Assembly: GCF_964204645.1 (NCBI RefSeq)
Contig: NC_134029.1
Location: 1,798,001-1,862,000 of the forward strand
DNA from: Tubulanus polymorphus
Taxonomy: Eukaryota; Animalia; Nemertea
DNA length: 64,000 nt
Reading direction: 5' to 3'
Part shown: positions 14,101-25,800 of the stretch, piece by piece
Layout of the letters: each line of letters starts with the position of its first letter
Position numbering within the stretch: the first letter of the stretch is position 1
The notes under the pieces: generated by a model
Databases searched by the model: none
The model's input: the letters and a program-made list of their open reading frames with translations, nothing else
Told to the model about the DNA's origin: nothing
Program-made: the position numbers and the translations under genes

Positions 14101-16566
14101 ACTTCAATCCTGTTGAGATCATTTTGACTTCTACAATTTCTGTTGTCATATCATTGTTCATTATTTGATTTCTACCCTCTTATTTTTGTGTATAGCATCC
14201 TGTGCTGCTATACCGCGCATTGATTTTGCAGTTTATTCGTTTAAAAAATAGGTGATGGGTAAAACAGATAAAACTCCATCCCTAACATACTGTACTGTAC
14301 TTATTGACGATTGATTTGAACTCATCCTTGTAAAAAAAAAATGAAAAATACTTTGCATGATTTGCTCACCTCTAACGATTGCTTATTATTGAATATTTCA
14401 TTGAATTTTACGTTCATTTTGCATGTGTATATTTCGACGTGGCGGGGAATATTCCCATTCTCTTTATCAGCGCTTAAATCGGGTTTTTCCTCGCTTCGAA
14501 TGAAGTAAATTAATCGAAACAGCACTTATTTGCAGTATTATTATTTTAGTTCCTGCATATATTATTATTATTATTACTATTACTATATTGATGATATACA
14601 ACTTTTTTTTGTTTTCCGATAATTTTTTTCCGTTTATTCAATAATCAATCACAATCCGTGTGGTGTTTATAACGATCATTATTTTTCTTCTAGCCTCGCG
14701 AGAGAAATCGAGAGGCGCAAAAAATCAGTAATTCAAGGATTTTTAAAAGCGGGATGTGGTATATTTACATTCATTGTATTGTATTATATATAATAGATAT
14801 ACAGAATTGTGTCGTACTGTGTTAAAATCTGTACCTGCCTCGAGACGTTGAGATGGAAATTTGGGACCTGTTTAATCGGAAATCTTAGGATTTCTCGATT
14901 CAGTTTGTTGTGTATGATATATTGTAGGCTGTAATGATTTTGTGCTGTTAGAAATGGCAAGTGAAACATTGTGGTGGATGCTATCAATACTGGGGGAAGG
15001 AGGGTAATCTAACTGATAGTTCTAGTTAATCAGAAATCACCCTCTTTTTTACTTGTCATTCTATGTTCGCACTTGGTAAATTTGAAAACATTATTTTTAA
15101 GAATTCAAGTTGTTATACATTATAAGTTGTATTCACTGATTGAGACATTTTTTTGCTCATTTACAGAAAATTGTAGTTCTTTCGAAAAGCGTTTATTGTA
15201 TTTTCCAACTCCGGCAAAGTTTTTTTTATGCCAAATCTATGGTCTCAAAAAAATATTGCTGGTTTTACAAATTTGTGGCCATTTCGTTTAAAAATGGACT
15301 AATTTTTTTGTTGAATTTTTGAAAATAAGTTGAATTATTTTGAATTATTTCCAGTTTAAGACATTTATATGCATATATGAAAAAATATATATATATATCT
15401 TGCCTGAGTTGTAATTCTGCTGAAGTTACTTCAAATATAAACAGTAAAGTTAAAAAACAGCAAACACTAAAGACAAAGAAAAACTTTTGCCAAAAGTATT
15501 AAATTAGAATATTCTCTGGTCACATATTATATAGAGATACGAATTTGAACAAAATCAAATACTCGCTGGCTTCTTGTGATACTAACTTGTTCAGGTATTC
15601 TAAAACGCTAAATTTCATCATTTTGCCGCCGGTGGTTTTCCATACAATCAGGGTTTTATTCACGACGAATTCGATTATCTCTGAATCTGCTGAAAACTTG
15701 GCTTAATTTAGATTTAGACCTATGAAATTGTTGGTTTCATTAATTCGCACTCCGTTTCGTGATATATTTTGATTTTGAAACCGTAAAGAATCAACTGGTA
15801 TCTATCTATACAGTAAAATTATTCGTCTTTTGACGCCGAATGCATGACACTTCCTGAATATTTGAGTCTCAATCAATGCAAGTTATTATAATATACCTTT
15901 TTCTACAGAATTTTATTCTACACGCGAAAATATAATTTTTTATCATACCAAAACTAGCCATTAGTATGGAAAGTGACCTCCTGCTCCGAAACAAAAACAG
16001 CGTCATAAATGAATTTATTTTACTGGTCGTAATCTGATTTTGAGAAATTTTTCGTCGAATATTCTCGCTCAAAAATTGTCGATAATTCACTGAAAATGTT
16101 TATGGGTAATAGATATTCTTTATCTGGAGTTGTCACTTTTGATTTGTTCTGCACTAGTGTATTTGAGGCTATATAATATGGTGGTATTGAATTTTGTAAA
16201 GATATTAAAGTTCTATTAGTGCCCTATTATTGGCAGATCTATATGAAAAGAAACTTATGTGCTTTTACAAGTTTACACATATCAATCACATTTACTAATA
16301 TTCCTATTAATGATAATGTAAACGGACGTTTTGGTAAAGATTCCATAGCGTAAGGGGTGGTTTTACCCTGGGATGTGACCCTGCCCTACTGGGGCTATTG
16401 GATGGACGGACGGTGGTTAAGAGTGTAGTATGTTTAGTATCAGTATTGACTCATATTGAAACTGTGTTAAATGGAATCTTCATCAAATTTCGTCGTACAA
16501 TATTGTAATATTTTTTGGCAGTTTTAGTCAGAATCAAGATGATTTATCTGTTTATTATTGAATAAA
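7515..16566 (+). other. Probable extended 3'UTR of mei-P26, with proximal (9318-9549) and distal (16561) AATAAA signals
   Basis: No credible ORF or exon. U-rich and AT-microsatellite-rich. AATAAA at 9318, 9422, 9544 and 16561, with none seen in between on manual reading, although the reverse hexamer TTTATT is frequent. Confidence 0.6.
8422..8504. repeat. 42-bp-period tandem duplication
   Basis: AATGCGGTATTCAACTTCCAATATGAATGGTTGGGTATTGG occurs at 8422 and again at 8464. Confidence 0.95.
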
Positions 16567-17214
16567 ATCTCAGTGTATTCAGCAAATTTCATTTGTTCCT
16601 TAAATTCATGCATTTTGTTCAACTTCTGGTCCTGTCACTGGGGATGTTCATGTACACTAAATAGTATCTGTGAATTTCTTATATGAATGATTATTGATTT
16701 CCATGGTTGGTGCAGTTGCAATCCTGTCAACATTTTTCCAGGTCTTCGAATGTCAATTTCAAGTCTCAAAGTCAGTAAAAGTAATGGAACTTTTGGTGCA
16801 TCATGTTTTGAAGTTGAAATATGGAATTGTGGAGTTGTTGAAACAGGAAGGTCATGGATTCAGTAGATTATTTTATGCAGGAACCCGGATTATACTGAGG
16901 AAAATCTCATCCACAAGTGACGTGTGCTTGGATTTTTGATTGAACACGAACTATTCACAATACGAATCCTCTGATAAATGGGCCTTAAATTTTTACAAAA
17001 AATGGCACTTTCAAGAATGCGATAACAACATATACGTGCGGGGAATTACTAAAATCTTATTTGAAATAAATATAAAAGCAATTCATAATATTAATTTTCT
17101 TCGGAAAGCAACTGAAATTTGAATATTTATATCACTGGCAGCAGAATGTTTTGTAAGTCATTTGAGAAATTTTTCAAGAACACGAAAAAGTCCATAATTA
17201 TTGAAAGTTAATCA

Positions 17215-17901
17215 TCACCAGTCTTCATCGTCGCTGCTACTATCATTTCCTTCATCGCGAAGATTTCTTTTCTTTTCTGGTCGACCTAAACCGAGTACGG
17301 GTTTATTTTTCTTCGGTTGGGCGTCCGATCCGGGACGTACCATTAAATCACCGCTGTAATTAATAACACCAGCACCGGCTATTCTCCATTCTAACAGTTC
17401 CGTCGAAAAATCATCGACTTTTCCTAAATCGTCGAAACCTTTGATAAAATCGACGGTTTTTCTGTCGAGAATCAACGCGATCGTCGGCATCATCGTAATC
17501 TTCAAACGCTTCGTTAAAAACTGTGATTTCTCCGCGTCGATCTTAATGAACTTCGTTTCGAGGTGTTTTACGGCTAAACTCGTTAAATGTTTATCAACGA
17601 TTTTACACCTGAACGTGCTCTCGCGATAGAAATGACAAACAACGTTTTTACTCTTTTTACATTCTTCGAAGAATTCTTTCTCATCGGCGACCTCGAAGTA
17701 TTTTCCGTGACCCGCGTCCATGTATTCCTTTTTCTGGTTGGCCATTTTTTTCAACGCTTGCATTCTCTGTTTTTTCAACAGTTCGTACTCTTCATCCCCG
17801 TGACTCTGATTCTGAATCCGATCTAATTCTTCGATCTTCGCGTCGACTTGTTGTTCGATAACTTTCGTAGCTTCTTCCAACTGATGAGCGATTCCAGCCA
17901 T
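17215..17901 (-). CDS. TXNDC9: Thioredoxin domain-containing protein 9 (phosducin-like protein 3), single coding exon
   Basis: [13 protein letters not shown]...[43 protein letters not shown]...[14 protein letters not shown]...[17 protein letters not shown], with acidic C-terminus SSSDDEDW. A 5'UTR intron runs from a donor near 18165 to an acceptor at 17907. Confidence 0.93.
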   Translation of the reverse strand: MAGIAHQLEEATKVIEQQVDAKIEELDRIQNQSHGDEEYELLKKQRMQALKKMANQKKEYMDAGHGKYFEVADEKEFFEECKKSKNVVCHFYRESTFRCKIVDKHLTSLAVKHLETKFIKIDAEKSQFLTKRLKITMMPTIALILDRKTVDFIKGFDDLGKVDDFSTELLEWRIAGAGVINYSGDLMVRPGSDAQPKKNKPVLGLGRPEKKRNLRDEGNDSSSDDEDW

Positions 17902-18199
17902 TTTGTCTACAATCAAATACGAAAAATAAATCTTTTAACTTGTAGTCAAGGAGATCAGTTACAGTTTTAAGTAGTCATCAATAAATGACACAGGACTTCC
18001 CCATTTTTAAGTTGAGATGAGAGCAAAAATCGATTTTAGTTTTTAATTTTTTAACTTAAAGATATACAGATTTTCGCCCCTAAATCATCATTTTGCAGAT
18101 TTAGTTAACATGTCATATGACACATATCTTATCTCATCGACCATAGATACCCTTCAATCTATTACCTGTTGATTTATTTCACGCGGAATCGAACGAAGA

Positions 18200-18428
18200 T
18201 CTCAAGAATTTGATATTTTTCAAACCCGGAAGTAAATACCACAGTCCGGTTATTTTTCTTACGACTCATTTGTTTGGACAATACGCGGGGAAGCCTCACA
18301 TTTGAACCAATCGGCGGCGAGTTAACATTCGATCACTAGGACTACCCGGAAGTAATCTTCTGCAGGGGGAAATTTGATCGCGATCGATGAAAATTTCAGA
18401 AATGATGTGTTTTTGGAGGTAGATTAGG
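18200..18428. promoter_or_regulatory. Bidirectional promoter TXNDC9/IDS
   Basis: Divergent genes. Two ETS/GABP-type CCGGAAGT sites (~18226, ~18346), a CCAAT box (~18307) and local CpG enrichment. Confidence 0.65.
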
Positions 18429-21400
18429 ATGTCGTATTTTATTAACAAGGTACCACCGATATCGGTTGTATCTGTAGTATGGACGTTGGCGCTGTTTTTG
18501 TGCTGTCATTCAGCGGGTCAGTATCAAACCGTTGAAAACGTAGCGATTGACAGTTTAGTCAAAAGTTGATACAACCAATTGAAATCCACATTCATCGAAA
18601 CTAATCTTCATTTTCATAGAATTTTTATCAAATCCACATAATTTTGATGTTTCAGTGAATAGGAATTGACGGATAAGAGAAGTTGATGAATTCGATATTT
18701 TCTTGACATTGCATTTTTTAGAATCTGGTGCCCCCAGCAGCGGCGGTGGTGGAGAGACTCGACCTAATGTTCTATTCATAGCTGTAGACGATTTGCGCCC
18801 TACGCTAGGTTGTTACGGTCATCATAAAATACTGACTCCTAATATTGATAGGCTTGCTTCAAAATCTGTTCTCTTCAATCAAACATTTGTGCAGGTAAGT
18901 CCAACAAGTCTTATGAGCAGGTTTTGATTGGTTTTTATGGATTCTGGAATTTTCTTTGTTCGTTTTGATCAGAATACGCTCTTTCTATTCCCGGCATAAT
19001 CTGTAAATCTGAGAGAAGTGGCTGGTATAGAGTTAGTATTCCTAAGTCAGAATACTTTCAATTGAAACCTGCCTCGCGGAGCTATCATTCTCTCTCATTT
19101 CACTACAGATGTTTATATTATTACTATTTTCAGCAATCACTGTGTGGCCCGAGTCGTACATCGTTATTGACAAGTCGTCGTCCGGATACAACTCATTTGT
19201 ATGATTTCTACTCGTACTGGAGGAAAACAGTCGGCAATTTTACTACTTTACCTCAACATTTCAAGGAAAATGGATATTACACTGTCTCTATAGGAAAAAT
19301 ATTCCATCATGGTAATTCTAATACGATGCTTTACACGTGAAAACCCTCAAGGAGCTCATTTCATATATAACCCATCCTCCCCCGGCAGGGATTCGAACCT
19401 GATGCAATCGAGATTGCCACGGCACGAAACCCTGCCATAATCGACCGTGTGCGCAGATACACGCGCAGTTCAGATGATGTGATTTTTAGCCAATCAGAAA
19501 TCCCGTTTTATTTTAGCCCGGGTTTTCCCATTTATAGTTCTTCCTTGAAATTTACCTCAACGATTATACAACGAGCAATCTGATTGGTGCCGCCAGTTTT
19601 CGTTCAGAAAGCTGCGCATGTACCTGCGCACCCGGTCTACTGATACAGGGGTTCGTGCCGTGGCTGAGTGTAGCGATGCCATCAGGTTCGAGTCCCTGCA
19701 GAGGGAGGATGTATATAACCAGGGGCCGGTTGCATAGTCATGGCTTAGACAAGACCAGTCTAAGACCAACTTAGTTCTATAGCCAATCTAACAACTTAAG
19801 ACCAGTCTTAAGATTTAAGGCCACTTTTTGACTTAAGTCACGACTGTGCAGGGACTGTGCAGACAACAGGGAATTAACATGATTAATGTCTATAACTGTT
19901 GATATCTTATGAATTATTAGGTAAATGTTCTGGTAAATATCAAGATTATCCGTACAGCTGGTCAGAAATACCCTACATTCCTTCAACTATGAAATATAAA
20001 ATGAAAAAGGTACAAGTTCCATAAACACTGACTGATGTTTAGAGAACAATTTTCTACCACTGATTTCTGTTTGTAAAGTTTCCTATGTTTTTTCTACAGG
20101 TTTGTACCGGTCCACATGGAGAGAAGTTTATGAATATAGTTTGTCCCGTAGACGTTGCTACTCAACCTCAACAAACTTTACCCGACATTCAAAACTATAA
20201 ACAGGCGATCAAATTCTTCGAGAGACGTCACGAAACTAAAGATCAAAGACCGTTCTTTCTGGGTGTTGGATTTTATAAACCGCACATACCGTTGAAATAT
20301 CCGAAGGAATTTCTAGGTTAGAAACGGAACATGTTAAAGAAAAAATCCATGAAGAAAACTCAATTCTTCGAGTCATTTTGAGTAAAAAAATCAGTACTTT
20401 TGTATTGTTTTTGAATATGTCTGATACAATTGATTTGAATCATCAATACTCTTTTAGCTTTTCTTCATGATTTTGGATTTCTTCTTCATTTGAAATATAG
20501 AGAGTCAATTACGATATTAAAAAAAAGAAAGTTCTTTCGTCGTAAAACAGTTATTCAATGGAATTGATTCTCAGTGATGTATTTATATATAGATCTGTAT
20601 CCACTGGAGGATATTGACATCGCAGATGATGCTTATATACCTCCGAATTTACCAACAGTTGCCTGGAATCCGTGGACTGATCTGAGAATGAGAGATGATG
20701 TCAAACAATTGAATATCAGCTTCCCATACGGACCGGTTCCTAAATTTTATCAGGTATTTATTAAGATTGTACCGTAAGCTCAGCCCTATGTTCAGTAGTG
20801 TTGGGACTCGATTTTCTGACGAGCCACTACCGATCAATGTGATTGTGTTATTTTTCAGCGTTTAATGCGTCAGAGTTATTACGCTGCTACGTCGTATATG
20901 GATTATTGTGTTGGGAAGGTTTTATCAGCTCTCGAACGACATGGACTCAGTGATAATACAATCGTTGTGTTCTTTGGAGATCATGGTAAATTTCTACTGT
21001 TTTTAGTTTCTCTACTAAAGTTGTCAGGACTTAATATTCAGGGATTAACAAATTTTAGTATCTCTTATTTGGAATAGGTGTCTCCACGATATAAGAACAA
21101 CTGGCCCATCCCCCCATTCATGTCTTTACAACTGAATGTTCTATAGATATGATATCTGTGGATGCAGGTCACTGTGCATTCAATGAGAACTGAATTCTGG
21201 TGGTTTTATTGTACTTTGGTGAATAATGTCTGGTCAGTTTTACTCATCTGTGAAGTTGTGCATCACTGATGAAATATAGTTGGAAAATTTAGAATAAAGG
21301 ATGTTGTCCTACATTACTATGGAATAGAATATTAAAGTAGACAAAATTTCAGAACATATCCCTGGTATTTTAGAAATTTCAAAATTGACATTCGAATGAT

Positions 21401-22319
21401 TTTCCAAAATAAGTATAACCAGGGAATTGGATGACTCATCACAGGTCGAATGATTTTCCAAAATAAGTATAACCAGGGAAGTGTGATGACTCATCACACT
21501 TCCCTGTTATAACTATGTACTAATAAAATGCCCTCTAAAATGTTAGCCCCGACCCGGTATACCTGATATTTGAATATTTCTTTAATTTGTATATTTAAAG
21601 GCTGGTCACTCGGGGAACATGGAGAATGGTCTAAATACAGTAATTTTGAAGTAGCAGTTCGAGTTCCACTGTTAATCTCAGTTCCAGGGCTTACAACACC
21701 TGTCAATCTCCTGAAATCATCGAGAGATATTTCAAAACCTGGAATTCATAACTTTGAATTTAAGGAAGAAAAATCTACTGGAAAATTTGTTGCGCGTAAA
21801 ATCTGGAATAAATCACGAAAATTTGGATTTAAAACAAGCAACAAGCTAGTAGAACTAGTGGATTTATTTCCAACATTAGCCGAACTAGCGAACCTGACTG
21901 TTCCACCACTTTGTCGCTTGGATTCTGTGAAAACGATATTTTGCACTGAAGGTTCAAGTCTTGTGCCTTTATTGTCGGGGAAAGGGAATATTTTACGTTG
22001 GAAAAACGCGACATTCAGTCAGTATCCACGACCTTCAGACTTACCAGTAGAAAACAGCGATAAACCGCGCCTCGATGAAATAACTATAATGGGTTATAGC
22101 ATGAGAACAGTGAAATATCGGTTTACTGAATGGGTTAGTTTTAATCACAGTACATTCACAGGGAACTGGAGTAAAATACACGCTCAAGAATTATATTCAG
22201 TTCAACATGATCCATTTGAAGATCATAATTTAGCAGAGAAACCACGATTTAAATCAGTTGTATCTCAATTGTCATTCTTATTACAACAAGGTTGGCGAAA
22301 ATCATTACCTGTTAAATAA
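18429..22319 (+). CDS. IDS: Iduronate 2-sulfatase (lysosomal sulfatase)
   Basis: Exons approx. 18429-18516 (signal peptide), 18722-18894, 19134-19311, 19921-20009, 20100-20316, 20593-20753, 20859-20985, 21601-22319. Motifs [12 protein letters not shown], formylglycine motif [51 protein letters not shown] and FSQYPRP are IDS-characteristic. Confidence 0.93.
19373..19711. mobile_element. Non-autonomous Mutator-like MITE with long imperfect TIRs and 9-bp TSD, in an IDS intron
   Basis: Left end CATCCTCCCCCGGCAGGGATTCGAACCTGATG; right end reverse-complemented CATCCTCCCTCTGCAGGGACTCGAACCTGATG; arm similarity extends ~130 bp. Identical flanking direct repeat TATATAACC at 19364-19372 and 19712-19720. 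Confidence 0.8.
19721..19858. mobile_element. Short MITE-like element (GGCCRGTT-type termini)
   Basis: AGGGGCCGGTTGCATAGTC ... GACTGTGCAGGGACTG degenerate inverted termini, with internal AAGACCAGTCT repeats. Termini resemble the elements at 24983 and 41788/41945. Confidence 0.45.
21392..21497. repeat. Local tandem duplication (~54-bp period) in the last IDS intron
   Basis: TCGAATGATTTTCCAAAATAAGTATAACCAGGGAA..GATGACTCATCACA occurs twice. Confidence 0.9.
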
Positions 22320-22862
22320 ATCATGTTATTGTCTCGAAGTTGCTATTGTGTGAAAAAATTGGTGATATTATCTTTTTAATGTATCATTGTTAATTTAGAT
22401 GGATACAAAATTGTTTTATTAGAAATATTTTTAAAACTTGTTCTTTATGTATCAAGAAATATTGAAGAGTTAGATACCGATGCTCTACATGTTAATAGAA
22501 TAGTCTTGTTATGTCTATGTATACTGTCTCATATTCACTATATGATGAAATTTAATGTCATTATGTCATCTTAGCAAATAAATGAAAGGTTTCTATGACC
22601 TTAGGTACATCTTATCAGTTGTTTCTATACTGCAGGTGGTGGTAAAGGTGGCCAGACAAACGTCTATAACTGTCACTCATGTTCGTTGTTATCTATGATT
22701 GGTTAATGCGCGGTCACGTGTATCGTCTGTCAAAACTTTCTACACGTGAATCGTGTTTCATCCTTCACTAGTCGCCAAATTCCATCACTGTAAATACGGT
22801 ACTGTCTGACTGACGCTTCGTTCGGTGTTCATCGAACCAAAATCGTCGAAAAAAATTACGCC

Positions 22863-25800
22863 ATGCGACCTAAACAGGATGCGATTGATGAATATCTGTC
22901 AAGTTGCCATTTATGGAGGAAACCGATGCCTAAAGAGGACAGTCTTTACCGTGCCGTTTCTGAGCAGGTTAGTCACCGGGCCGTCAGTATTAACGGATTA
23001 AACACCTGCGGTAGTTTCCTTTGATATTCAGCATCAACCGTTAATACCCCGGGGTCATGCGGTTATAACTCTATTTCATTGAACATGTTATGGCATATTA
23101 AATGAAGAAAACTGCAGTGGGCCATTGATAAACAATTTTTCCACCTCTTATTTGGATACAGGAATTATACAATGTATTTAATTTTCATCATGGCCTTTCA
23201 TTATCTCCATGTACACACAGGGGCATGTCACAATTTGATAATGAATGGATGATACCAGTATCCCTGTATAAAAAAGAACTTTTTTATACAGGGATACTGG
23301 TATCATCCATTCATTATCAAATTGTGACAAGCCCCTGTGACTGTACACGGTATTCGATCTGCATTTTGTAGTATTTTCCTTAGTACTATGTTCTGAATCA
23401 TGTGTCAAATTTGTCGGTTCCTTAACGACTCAATCTAATCCGGACATCGACAAGAACAAAACTTCGAATCATATAAACTTCTGTAACTTTATTTGGTTAT
23501 CTCTAGCGTCTATTTGTCCCTCTATCTATTACAAATATCTACGCGATCCCAAACGCGTGCTCAACTTCATCAACACGGCGCGCGTCCTACTCGTGGGATC
23601 CTCTTACGCATCGCTTTCCCACGATAACTTCAATATATACATTTACTTCACTTAAATAATTATTGATGAATCCCATTAAATGTATAAAAAAAAACTTTTT
23701 GAGATTGACTTGACCTTAAATTACATTTTCTACCACTGGTCAATTGGAATCTGGGGACCAGTGATTCGGGATTGATCAACACACTTTCTAATTCTAATCT
23801 GATATGAAATCTAAATCCAGTATAAAAAGTCATTAATTTAAATGTTTTGCATTTAAACTTTCAGTTGTTCATGAGTCAAGTTCATTATTTGACCATCAAA
23901 GAAAAAGTGGAGAAATTCATTGAAGAAAATCGAAGTAACATGAGTTGTGTATGTATTAGAATGATTTCACATGTTGGGTTATAGTCTTGTTGAAAAAAAG
24001 TACATAACTTTAATTGATGAATTTCACTTTTTTTCAGAAATTGACAAATCGTTTAGAATTTGGAGCCATTTCATTTGTATATAAGTAAGCATTATATAGC
24101 AATTCAATGTGGCAACATTCTCTAGTATTTAAGTGTTAATTCTGGGAATTTATTTCAGATGTGATATTATTGTCTTCCAATGTCGAAGGTCGTTCAATAT
24201 AACGCAAAATGATTTTCAGAAAAAGGTTTGGATTATGTGACATTACTAGAGATCTACAGTTAGGGTTTTCAAATATTATTTAATACTTGATCGCGGGATG
24301 TTTTATTTTTGAAAGGTGCTTGTTTGTGTGACGTATGGAAATCAATATGATTCTGTATATAATATCGAGTATAAAGAAAACGCAGCAATTTGTCAAGGTA
24401 TAAAAACCCATTTCATTCCAACAGCCTTTATATATATATATATATTGTAATGTAATTGCTTAGAAAAAAGGTAATTTTCATATGATTCAAATTTCATTTC
24501 GTTCCCATTAATTTTCAAATTGGTTTTCATTAATGAGTTTAATAAAAGCAAATAGACTTTATAACCATTTGTTGAATGTTTTTCACCTTGCAGCGGTGCT
24601 ATTTGAGATCCTGTATGAGAAAGTATTCGAAGTGACCAGAGATGTTATCGATGAAGGATTAGAAATACTTCACACTAAACAGAAGCGACATACTTATACC
24701 GATAAAGAAAAACTGTTCTTATCAAGGTAAATATATCAATTGTGTTGTCGGGTTTAAATTGGATATATTCCTCCTATGTGCTGTGCTGTCTGGTATTTTG
24801 ATTGGAAAAGTTTTTTACCGGTTTCATGAAAATTGGAAACGCATAAAACCAATTAAGTTTAATCGATCATTAAATCAATTATTTTCGATAATGAAAAATC
24901 ATGCTATATATAATACCGGTACTGAAAAATTTAAAATACGAAAACTCCAAATTCATTTATTTGATTGAAATGTAAATATTCTCAGGGGTCCAGTTCCACA
25001 GTTCTTCTCTGTTCACTGTTCTGAGTTAAGATTTGACTCTGAGTTAACTCATCGAAAATGAACTAACTTTAACTCAGAGAACTCTAACTCACAACTGTGG
25101 AACTGAGTCCTGGACAATATTTGCAGCTAGTCCATTTGTTCATGGAAGATGAATTTTAATCCACACTTCCCAGAAGATGGTTTTTCAACTGTTAATAAAA
25201 AGAAGTATTTGATATATTTACAGCACAGACAGTAATTCCTCGCTAGTTGACCGGTTGCTAGTACCTCGTCCTCCGTTTCCGTATCGGGTCGCTAAATCCT
25301 TAGACCCTACTTTATATCGAAATATCGCGTACGATGTCTGGGTCGATATGGTCAAAGGTAAGGGACCTTAATAATTGATCGAAAATGATAACCTAACAAA
25401 ATCTATCCATAACTACGACATTTTTACAGATGGTAATGATGCCGGTGAACCAGTGTTTAATTGTGGTGATAGATGTGAGGTAAGAAATTTCATGGGTGGG
25501 TGTTAAATATCTATATTGGTTTTCATAGAATGGTGACAGGTCTAAAAGAAACTACAATCAGGAGATAAAACTATACATAAGTTGGTAACTCAGGGAATCA
25601 GGGAAATTTAGGAAAAACCCAGGGAAACTGTGGAATTGTAAAATCTCAAACCAAGTAACTTCTTCATTCACTTGATGCAGATTCCCTATGGGTGGTGCTA
25701 ATGGCCTCCCTGATAACTTTCATTGTTTTTAGTGTTTTCCACTTATCATCTTACAATCAATATTAAAACTGAATGTTTATATTTGCCGGAAAAGGTTGTT

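Noticed and set aside
14114-14127. TGAGATCATTTTGA, identical to the 5' 14 nt of fly bantam as recalled
   Set aside because: The 3' part diverges and no complementary star arm is visible nearby; treated as coincidence.
8417-17122. Numerous 60-85 aa ORFs between mei-P26 and TXNDC9
   Set aside because: Low-complexity translations of AT-rich sequence, many with non-ATG starts, and no domain motifs or consistent splice structure.
19650-19711. tRNA gene suggested by GGTTCGAGTCCC and an A-box-like motif
   Set aside because: A-to-B spacing is too short, there is no cloverleaf or acceptor stem, and the motif is part of a transposon TIR.
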